Part shown: positions 27,545 through 34,613 of the stretch, in pieces
Layout: each line of letters begins with the position of its first letter
How positions within the stretch are numbered: position 1 is the first letter of the stretch
NCBI GenBank assembly: GCA_944392285.1
Contig: CALXWF010000009.1
Span: forward strand, 1-34,862
DNA: 34,862 nt
Origin: an uncultured Alphaproteobacteria bacterium
GTDB lineage: Bacteria > Pseudomonadota > Alphaproteobacteria > RF32 > CAG-239
Reading direction: 5' to 3'
The notes under the pieces: model-generated
What the model saw: only the letters and a program-made list of their open reading frames with translations
What the model was told of the DNA's origin: nothing
Databases searched by the model: none
Translations under genes and position numbers: made by a program

Positions 27545-27633
27545 ATTATTATTAAACCTTTGAAACTCTTCAGGGCGGCAAAATTCACATGCACATACAC
27601 GCATACAACTTGTCACATACCCGCCGCCCTTTT

Positions 27634-27673
27634 AGCCCCTCTTTTTGCAACCAGAGAGGGGCTTTCCTTTTTT
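27634..27673 (+). terminator. Intrinsic terminator of the small-ORF unit
   Basis: AGCCCCTCT (27634-27642) pairs with AGAGGGGCT (27655-27663) and is followed by TTCCTTTTTT. Confidence 0.65.
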
Positions 27674-27675
27674 AA

Positions 27676-27702
27676 ATTAAAAATCCCCGTTTGCACGGGG
27701 AC
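27676..27702 (-). terminator. Intrinsic terminator of glyQS
   Basis: On the minus strand, TCCCCG-TGCAAA-CGGGGA is followed by TTTTTAATTT, immediately after the glyQS stop. Confidence 0.65.
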
Positions 27703-27708
27703 TTTAGC

Positions 27709-29070
27709 TTAAAGAAAATATTCTCTTAAATAATTTGGCAAATCTGCCACGTTTATGCGTTGCTGTGCCATCGTGTCACGGTCACGAATGGTTACGCTTT
27801 CCGGCTGATTTTCGATTGTCTCAAAGTCAACCGTAATGCACAAAGGCGTGCCGACTTCATCATGACGACGATAGGCTTTTCCGATGTTGCCGGTATTTTC
27901 CAAAGCCACACGGCCGATACCAAGTTTGAGAAGATTTTGCTTAATCTCGTGGCATTTGTTCATAATCTGTTCATTATTCTTCTTCAAGGGAATAACGGCA
28001 ACCTTAATCGGCGCCAGATGCTTTTTGAGTTTTAAAACCGTGCGGCTGTTGCCCTCACCTAAATCTTCTTCCGTATAGGCTTCAGTCAAAACTGCCAAAA
28101 CGCCGCGGTCAATCCCCATCGAAGGCTCTATCACAAACGGAACCACCCATTTGTTGTTATCATCCATAATACAAAGTTTTTGTGTTGAATCGGCATTCGG
28201 ATGACAATGAGCCTCAAGATTAAACTCTTCTTGCCCTTTGGTATGATTACCCAAATCATAATCACGTCTGTTGGCAATTCCCTCAAGCTCTTCCATACCA
28301 TGCGGAAATTGATATTCAATATCATAGCAGGCTTTGGCATAGTGGGCCAAATCTTCTTTCGGCGTGGTATAGAGATTAATATGTTCTCTGGGCAAGCCCT
28401 GCTCTTCCCACCATTTGATACGAGCCTCTTTCCAATATTCGTGCCATTTTTCATCTTCTCCGGGTTGAACAAAATATTCAAGCTCGGCTTGTTCAAACTC
28501 GCGAACGCGGAAAATAAAGTTTCGCGGCGTAATTTCATTACGGAAAGATTTGCCGATTTGGGCAATACCGAACGGCAATTTACGAGAAGTAGAGTCAACA
28601 ACGTTGCGGAACTGCGTAAAAATCGCTTGTGCCGTTTCCGGACGCAGATAAGCAACATTTTCAGCATTTTCAATCGGGCCGACCGTGGTTTTAAACATCA
28701 GATTAAAAGGACGCGGCTCGGTAAGCTCCGTTGACCCACAGTTCGGACATTTGCCGTCTTTGATATGATCTGCGCGAAAACGACCTTTGCATTTTTTGCA
28801 ATCCGTCATCGGGTCGGAGAAAGTATCTTCATGGCCGGAATATTTCAAAACTTTGCGGTTGGTCAAAATAGCGGCATCTAACCCTTCTATGTCATCACGC
28901 TCATAAACCATGGCACGCCACCAGGCTTGTTTGAGGTTGTTTTTAAGCTCTACACCTAACGGACCATAATCATACAAACCCTGCATACCGCCGTAGATAT
29001 CGGCATTTTGAAATATAAAACCTCTTCTTTTGCATAGGGCGACAAGCTGATCCATCGTGGTTGCCGGCAT
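27709..29070 (-). CDS. glyQS: Glycine--tRNA ligase, homodimeric (alpha2, GlyQS) type
   Basis: From ATG 29070 ([45 protein letters not shown]) it matches alpha2-type class II GlyRS. An AAGGAG ribosome-binding site lies upstream. The 10 extra codons in the ORF track were not used. Confidence 0.92.
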   Translation of the reverse strand: MPATTMDQLVALCKRRGFIFQNADIYGGMQGLYDYGPLGVELKNNLKQAWWRAMVYERDDIEGLDAAILTNRKVLKYSGHEDTFSDPMTDCKKCKGRFRADHIKDGKCPNCGSTELTEPRPFNLMFKTTVGPIENAENVAYLRPETAQAIFTQFRNVVDSTSRKLPFGIAQIGKSFRNEITPRNFIFRVREFEQAELEYFVQPGEDEKWHEYWKEARIKWWEEQGLPREHINLYTTPKEDLAHYAKACYDIEYQFPHGMEELEGIANRRDYDLGNHTKGQEEFNLEAHCHPNADSTQKLCIMDDNNKWVVPFVIEPSMGIDRGVLAVLTEAYTEEDLGEGNSRTVLKLKKHLAPIKVAVIPLKKNNEQIMNKCHEIKQNLLKLGIGRVALENTGNIGKAYRRHDEVGTPLCITVDFETIENQPESVTIRDRDTMAQQRINVADLPNYLREYFL

Positions 29071-29153
29071 TTTTACTTCTCCTTTTTTATTGTATAGCAA
29101 ATTTTAACTTATTTCTTTTATAATAGTTTCATCAATAATGCAAGCGGAGAACC

Positions 29154-30020
29154 ATGACTATGGCCAAAAAAAATACTAAAATTGCTTTAATCTACGATTT
29201 TGATAAAACTTTAAGCTCTGCCGATATGCAGGATTTTTCTCTTATTCCGGCTTTTGGCGTTAAACCTGAAAAGTTTTGGCGAATAGCAAATAATTGGTCA
29301 AAAGAGCAAGAAGCCGATCAAATCACCGGCTCAATGTATTATATCATGAAAACCGCTCAAGAAAAAAACATTCCCCTCACGCGTGAGTTTTTAAAAACTT
29401 GCGGCGAAAATATTGAATATTATCAAGGGGTTGAAAACTGGTTTGAGCGCATTAACGAATATGGCAAAGAGCTCAACCTTAATATTGAACATTTTTTAAT
29501 ATCATCAGGATATGAAGAAATTTTGGCCGGCTCAAAAATTCGCAAGCATTTTACCGACATGTTTGCCTGCAGCTATGCCTTTAATGATGAAGGGCTTCCA
29601 GTTTGGCCGGCACGCGTCATTAACTATAGCATCAAGGTACAATTTTTAACAAAAATCAATAAAGGCTTGCGCAAAATTGATGATATTGCCGTTAATGAGT
29701 TTATGCCGGTAGAAAAACGGCCTATTCCCTTTGATCGTATGATTTATTTCGGCGACGGAATGACGGATATTCCATCAATGAAATTAATTAAAGAACGCGG
29801 CGGAAACGCCATTGCTGTTTATGCTCCGGGCAAAAGCAAGGAAAAACATAAGGCCATAAAACTCTTGAAAGATGATCGTGTTAATTTTGCGCTCAAAGCT
29901 GATTACCGCGAAAACCGCGAAATTGACAAAGTGGTAAAAACCATCTTGGATAAAATCGCCAAAGAGAGAGATTTAGAGATTTTGCAAGCGCGTGAGAATA
30001 AAAAGAAGTTTGAATTTTAA
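29154..30020 (+). CDS. HAD-superfamily hydrolase-like protein
   Basis: This 288-aa ORF has the DxDxT motif I (IYDFDKTL) and a late GDGMTD motif (motif IV-like). A GGAG ribosome-binding site lies upstream. Confidence 0.75.
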   Translation: MTMAKKNTKIALIYDFDKTLSSADMQDFSLIPAFGVKPEKFWRIANNWSKEQEADQITGSMYYIMKTAQEKNIPLTREFLKTCGENIEYYQGVENWFERINEYGKELNLNIEHFLISSGYEEILAGSKIRKHFTDMFACSYAFNDEGLPVWPARVINYSIKVQFLTKINKGLRKIDDIAVNEFMPVEKRPIPFDRMIYFGDGMTDIPSMKLIKERGGNAIAVYAPGKSKEKHKAIKLLKDDRVNFALKADYRENREIDKVVKTILDKIAKERDLEILQARENKKKFEF

Positions 30021-30181
30021 CGCCAACCGCAAAATAAAAGAGTTTTTTGCCGACTTGACATTGATTGCCGCAAAAAAATTATTAACAGTTTTTGATAAAA
30101 TGCAAATTCTTAAAAAAAACTCTTGCCTTTTATAAAATTTTGTCTTAGATATGTGGCGAGTGAGGTTAAGAGCAAGACTTT

Positions 30182-31846
30182 TTAGATGCGCTTCTTGCTT
30201 TTGAGATACTCTTTTGAGGCTCGCGCCTTTAGTCGTTTTATTATTGGGGTGTCGCCAAGTGGTAAGGCACCGGTTTTTGGTACCGGCATTCGTAGGTTCG
30301 AATCCTGCCACCCCAGCCAAAGTTGACAAGAGCCTATTTTAGCGAGTGCTAAAATAGGCTTTCTTATTGAAATTTCTATATTTTTACCGTCTAATAAAAT
30401 TTCCGAACAAAGTAATTTTAAAATCTGCTGTTTTTTGTCGTTGTTCAGAAAATTCCATATCTGATCTGACATCAAAAGCAATCCTGCTAAGTATTTTAGC
30501 GTTATTAATCCTTGATTAGTCAGATGACTATAGTCTGTTAATCGTTCTTCCAGTTTTTTCTTTTCATGTCTATATTCGGTTATTTTTTTAATATATAAAT
30601 CTTGTGTAATACTAGCTTCTGTATACAGGTCAATCAAACGACTCTCCTTCTCCGTAAAACCTGCAATTTGTCGTTCCAATGCCTTCTTGGCTTCTATTTC
30701 CATTTTATGATCTTTATACATTTCTTCATTTAAGCATTCCACCATTTTTTCGACAACGCCTTTAGGTATGTTTTTAAGCGTTTTTAACGCCTCTTTCACT
30801 TTTTCAACCCCTTTTTCTTCTCTTGTTCGATAACCGCTGCATTGCGGGCAAAAAAGGTATTTATAAACGATTTTTTCATCTCCTTTCTTTTTGGCTTTAT
30901 GTATATTGATATCCGTCGAAATGATTCCGCCACATTTTTTGCAACGAACCAATCCCTTAAAAACATAATCATGCTTCTGAACCTTATGATTAGCCTTTCC
31001 TTCCAAAATATCTTGGCACTTCTCAAACGTCTCCTTATCTATCAATTTTGGGTAACAATGTGGATAATAATGCCCGCCGCTATACATTTCTCCCATATAA
31101 AAACGATTGCTCAATATGCCTCGTATGGTTTGCTTATGGATTTTATTACTGTTTTTCATTTTTAATCCGTAATCAGCGGCTTTTCTCGTTATCTGCTCCA
31201 AATTATATGTGCCGATTGAAAAATCTTTAAATAAGCGAGTAATTATAAAATGTTTATCTGCATCTAAAATAATTTCGCTATTTCCATTTTCATTTCTTAC
31301 ATTCTTATAGCCGACAGGTGCATGATGTGCCCATTTTCCCTCTTTACGCATTTTTTCAAAACTTCTTATTACATTATCACTCATTGTATCAGTTTGCGAC
31401 TGAGCTACAGTAATCCGAAAGTTCCACATCAACTTATCATGAGCTTTAGCATTCTTGGCTATCACCGATTGTTCCGTATTAAAATGAATGACAATTTTTT
31501 CTTTTTCAATCAGCTCATTCAAAACATTATATTCTTTGAAACTCCTTTGCAAACGGTCAACCTTATCACAAACCAAAGCAACCGGATTTTTATATTTTTT
31601 GATAAAATTTATCATATTATAAAATTCTTCCCGTTCTCCTCTGGTCGAACTTTCCACTACGGTAAATTGCTTAACCACTGTTAACCCTCGTTGCACGCAA
31701 TAATTTTTTAACCTGTCTTCCTGAGCATCAAGTGAATAACCTTCTTTTTGCTCCCGACTTGACACTCTTATCCATAAAACAGCGTGTTTTATATTTTCAT
31801 TTTTTACAACTTTTACGACTTTTCTGCCCATGTTTTTACCTTTCAT
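30182..31846 (-). CDS. Large serine recombinase (resolvase + recombinase + zinc-ribbon/coiled-coil domains)
   Basis: It has the catalytic motif WIRVSSREQ, DKVDRLQRS, the recombinase-domain motifs APVGYKN and LSNRFYMGEMY, and the zinc ribbon CKKCGG...CPQCSG followed by a coiled coil. The family-typical C-terminus (DGKNIEISIRK) ends near 30360. The last ~57 codons are antisense to the terminator and tRNA-Gln. The start is ATG 31846 or 31831. Confidence 0.85.
   Translation of the reverse strand: MKGKNMGRKVVKVVKNENIKHAVLWIRVSSREQKEGYSLDAQEDRLKNYCVQRGLTVVKQFTVVESSTRGEREEFYNMINFIKKYKNPVALVCDKVDRLQRSFKEYNVLNELIEKEKIVIHFNTEQSVIAKNAKAHDKLMWNFRITVAQSQTDTMSDNVIRSFEKMRKEGKWAHHAPVGYKNVRNENGNSEIILDADKHFIITRLFKDFSIGTYNLEQITRKAADYGLKMKNSNKIHKQTIRGILSNRFYMGEMYSGGHYYPHCYPKLIDKETFEKCQDILEGKANHKVQKHDYVFKGLVRCKKCGGIISTDINIHKAKKKGDEKIVYKYLFCPQCSGYRTREEKGVEKVKEALKTLKNIPKGVVEKMVECLNEEMYKDHKMEIEAKKALERQIAGFTEKESRLIDLYTEASITQDLYIKKITEYRHEKKKLEERLTDYSHLTNQGLITLKYLAGLLLMSDQIWNFLNNDKKQQILKLLCSEILLDGKNIEISIRKPILALAKIGSCQLWLGWQDSNLRMPVPKTGALPLGDTPIIKRLKARASKEYLKSKKRI
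30246..30320 (+). tRNA. tRNA-Gln (anticodon UUG), CCA encoded
   Basis: It folds as a 75-nt cloverleaf: TGGGGTG TC GCC AAGTGGTAA GGC A CCGGT TTTTGGT ACCGG CATTC GTAGG TTCGAAT CCTGC CACCCCA G CCA. U1:A72 and G73 are as in bacterial tRNA-Gln. Confidence 0.93.
30332..30370 (+). terminator. Intrinsic terminator after tRNA-Gln (lies inside the recombinase ORF on the other strand)
   Basis: A perfect 13-bp stem AGCCTATTTTAGC / GCTAAAATAGGCT (30332-30344 / 30349-30361) with a GAGT loop is followed by TTCTTATT. Confidence 0.6.
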
Positions 31847-31893
31847 TTTTTTATTAAAATTTATTTTTAAGTTTTATTATTCCTTAGGTCAAT

Positions 31894-31920
31894 GAAGGCC
31901 GGATTTATTATCCAGCCTTC
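31894..31920 (-). promoter_or_regulatory. Intercistronic hairpin between the two recombinase genes
   Basis: On the minus strand, GAAGGCUGGAU-AAUAA-AUCCGGCCUUC forms 11 bp including one G:U pair. No U-tract follows. Confidence 0.3.
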
Positions 31921-31936
31921 TTTGAATTGATTTTCT

Positions 31937-32788
31937 CTATGCTGCCAACTTCATATTTTTTCCTTCCTCAGCATTATGGTGAAGTTCTCGCGCCAATTTA
32001 TCTTGCACCGCCATGAAAACTTCTTCTTTGATTAATCTCTCATAATTATGGCGATAAAGCTTTCCTCCACTACGCATCAGCCCGCAATAGAAAGGGTTTT
32101 GCAATAAATGAAGCAGTGTTCTTCGACTGATTAATGCACCTGATGTTGTATACAGCGGCATAGACTTTGCAAGCTCAAGCAACATTTTGATATCAACTTT
32201 CGTTTGCAAATAGATGTCAAATAGACACTTAACCTTATCAGCCTGTTCATCAAACTCAATCCAAGGAATCCAACTTGGGCGACAATTCTTGTACCCTATC
32301 GGGGCTTTGCCTGGGTATAAGCCTTTTTCTCTCATGTCTTGCAAAGCCTTTCTATCTTTTTCTGATTTTTCTGCAGAAAAATGCTCGGCACTGGCTATCA
32401 ACTGCCTGTATTTAAACATTGTATCAGCATCGGAAAGCCTCTTGATAACCATAGCCTCTTTAACAAAGTGTATTTCAACCTTCTCTTCCTTTACCAATAC
32501 ATCTAATATCGATATATGGTTAAAATTTCTGGCAAGCCTATCCGCAGAAGCGACAACCAAAGCAATTGGCTCGCTTGAGACTTTTTCTATTATCTCTAAT
32601 ATCTTATCAAATTTGGGGCGTCTTTGAGCAAAGGCTCTTTCGATTGCCATTTGACTTTCTATAATTTTTAAATCATTATTCCGGCAATACTCTTTACAGA
32701 TAACTTCTTGCTCAATCAAAGATGCTCCAGTGTTTTGCTTTACCGAAGAAATACGGCACATAATGATTGCGGATCTAGCGGCAGTCAT
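31937..32788 (-). CDS. Short serine recombinase (resolvase + recombinase domains only, no zinc ribbon/coiled coil)
   Basis: This 283-aa ORF has the catalytic motif MCRISSVKQ, ADRLARN, and the recombinase-domain motifs APIGYKN and LQNPFYCGLM. A GGAG ribosome-binding site lies upstream, and the start overlaps the upstream gene by 14 nt. Confidence 0.8.
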   Translation of the reverse strand: MTAARSAIIMCRISSVKQNTGASLIEQEVICKEYCRNNDLKIIESQMAIERAFAQRRPKFDKILEIIEKVSSEPIALVVASADRLARNFNHISILDVLVKEEKVEIHFVKEAMVIKRLSDADTMFKYRQLIASAEHFSAEKSEKDRKALQDMREKGLYPGKAPIGYKNCRPSWIPWIEFDEQADKVKCLFDIYLQTKVDIKMLLELAKSMPLYTTSGALISRRTLLHLLQNPFYCGLMRSGGKLYRHNYERLIKEEVFMAVQDKLARELHHNAEEGKNMKLAA

Positions 32789-33917
32789 TTTTTTCTCCTT
32801 TTCTTAAAATTATTACATTATTTTCATCGATAGCGGCAGTAATTGCCTCTAAATCTGGCTGCAGCCAATTATTCCGTGGCTCAATTTGATTAATCATTCG
32901 AAAAAGATCATAAATGGCAGGAGAGAAAACATTTCCGGCATGTAGTTTTAACTCTCGTTTTCCCATTTTTTTCAGAATTGTAACCAAACCGACCAACTGA
33001 AGGGCTTTAAGAAATTTGTATTTGTTATCCAGCAGGCGTTTAAACAAATCTCCTGCATCTTCGTCACTTAATTGCAAGTATTTGACGGCGGATAAAATTT
33101 CGTTCCAATAAGTCAATGTAACAGCTCGGCAAATCTGGCTATTGAAAAGATTTTGGAAAGTTAACTCTGGCACGGGAAGTCCCGCTTTGCTTATTGCTTT
33201 ACGAATATTGTCTGAATTGCCAAGCTGAATTTCAATCCGCAGATACTGGCTGGAACCCAATAAAGCCAAATTAAGACTTTCAGCATTTTCTGGATTCACC
33301 GCACGTTTTTTATTGTACTGCGCTTTTTGAATGTCTTTAATTTTATCGTAAATAACAACATTTCGATGTTGAGATAAAAAGTGTAATGAATGTCCTTCAT
33401 TTCTGTACGAAACTTTGGTGCAATCAAGTCTGCGTGTGATATCGGCTTTGTTTAGATATTGCAAAATTACGTATGGAGCGATATTCACCGGAACATTTTT
33501 GCCATAATCGATTCTTACCACTTGAGCGGATCGCAGTGCTTGAGGTAAAACATCAATCCCCATTTCTCGTAACCTTGACGCCAAATTTTCGATAAGATTG
33601 TCAAAATCGGCATCGCCAATTTCTTCCAAATTATTTGGTGGAAAATTAAGGAGCTTTGGAGCTGAAAACTCAATTTTGAGTTTAACGCTAAACCCACCGT
33701 ATCGAACAACACTGCTTAATGAAACTTTGGGATAATAACCCCATCGCAAATCATCAAATCTGGCATTGTAATAACAAGTTACTGCTTCAGCTCCGTGCAT
33801 ATTCCACAGAATTTCGGGGCTTGGTTTGAAGCAAGAAAGTTTATTAATAACAATATCCGCATAATCCACCAATAAAACACAGGTATCACAGACATTTTTG
33901 CTTTTAATATCGAGCAT
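32775..33917 (-). CDS. Hypothetical protein with rolling-circle replication-initiator-like motifs (Rep_trans / phage gene II-CRI-like, tentative)
   Basis: This 380-aa ORF has an AGGAG ribosome-binding site. The ordered motifs VVRIDYGKN, RNVVIYDKIKD and YLRIEIQLGN resemble the R-x-D, YDK and R-x-E-x-x-L blocks I recall from Rep_trans/Phage_CRI initiators. No search was run. Confidence 0.5.
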   Translation of the reverse strand: MLDIKSKNVCDTCVLLVDYADIVINKLSCFKPSPEILWNMHGAEAVTCYYNARFDDLRWGYYPKVSLSSVVRYGGFSVKLKIEFSAPKLLNFPPNNLEEIGDADFDNLIENLASRLREMGIDVLPQALRSAQVVRIDYGKNVPVNIAPYVILQYLNKADITRRLDCTKVSYRNEGHSLHFLSQHRNVVIYDKIKDIQKAQYNKKRAVNPENAESLNLALLGSSQYLRIEIQLGNSDNIRKAISKAGLPVPELTFQNLFNSQICRAVTLTYWNEILSAVKYLQLSDEDAGDLFKRLLDNKYKFLKALQLVGLVTILKKMGKRELKLHAGNVFSPAIYDLFRMINQIEPRNNWLQPDLEAITAAIDENNVIILRKGEKNDCR

Positions 33918-33927
33918 TACGATTCTC

Positions 33928-34095
33928 CTAAATTTTAGTGATTAAAATTTTTAACTCTGGAGTATTCTGAACCGTTTCGGCCAGTATCTTGGCAATTAGA
34001 AGCAAAGAATCAGCAGCTTCCGAAATTTCTTTTTCAGAAAGATTCGGACAAGAAGATCGTATTTCTTCGTGATATGCTTCGCTGTTAATTGTCAT
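33928..34095 (-). CDS. Small acidic protein, first gene of the element operon (55 aa from ATG 34095; 74 aa if ATG 34152)
   Basis: MTINSEAYHEEIRSS... is preceded by AGGGAAGG. It ends 10 nt before the Rep-like gene. I recognise no similarity. Confidence 0.4.
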   Translation of the reverse strand: MTINSEAYHEEIRSSCPNLSEKEISEAADSLLLIAKILAETVQNTPELKILITKI

Positions 34096-34257
34096 TGTTC
34101 GGCCTTCCCTTTCGCCTAAAGTTATGTTACTGGACGAACAATGCACCTTCACAGCTTAGCAACGTTTGATGGAATGAAGAGAAAAGAATGAGAATAAAGT
34201 ATAGTGTGTTTCTATACTACTCGCTCAAATCTGTCATCACCGTAAACTTCCTCGCTT

Positions 34258-34292
34258 TTGTCCGCTGTGAAATTTGCTCTCACAGCGGACAA
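34258..34292. repeat. Perfect 13-bp inverted repeat with 9-nt loop (TTGTCCGCTGTGA-AATTTGCTC-TCACAGCGGACAA)
   Basis: It was read directly from the sequence. No T-tract lies on either side, so it is not a canonical terminator. Confidence 0.8.
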
Positions 34293-34316
34293 GACCTTGG
34301 TCTAAGCGTTTCAGTT

Positions 34317-34390
34317 TATTGCGGTAAAAATGACCAAAAAAAAATTCCTGGAACACCATTACCGCAATATTGTCCGGTGTTCTTCAGGAA
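34317..34390. repeat. Two interleaved inverted repeats
   Basis: TATTGCGGTAA (34317-34327) pairs with TTACCGCAATA (34359-34369), a perfect 11 bp. TTCCTGGAACACC (34345-34357) pairs with GGTGTTCTTCAGGAA (34376-34390), with a 2-nt indel. Confidence 0.7.
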
Positions 34391-34613
34391 CTTTACGAGT
34401 AGTAAGAACTTACAAAAAAGATACTCGGTTTCCGAATGCCTCTATAATATAATTGAGGCACCATCGATATGAACATGGGTATAATAAAAATTTTGCATTG
34501 TCAATATCACTTTTACAAAAAAATGATCAAAACAAAAAAAAATTTTTTAAAATTATCGTGCAAGTTGTTTAAATGATAAAACTTTTATTTTTTTGAAAAC
34601 AAACTCACTCAGG

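Noticed and set aside
27409-27600. 63-aa minus-strand ORF antisense to the 37-aa peptide ORF
   Set aside because: It runs against the promoter/terminator polarity of the unit and starts inside the pyrimidine-purine alternating tract. It is likely a shadow of the hydrophobic plus-strand ORF.
29973-30329. 118-aa minus-strand ORF across tRNA-Gln
   Set aside because: It starts antisense within the tRNA (GFEPTNAG is the usual antisense T-arm translation) and lies in a different frame from the recombinase. It has no coding support.
34188-34472. 94-aa plus-strand ORF in the element spacer
   Set aside because: It runs straight through the three inverted repeats, has no ribosome-binding site and opposes the surrounding operon. 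The region is better explained as non-coding.
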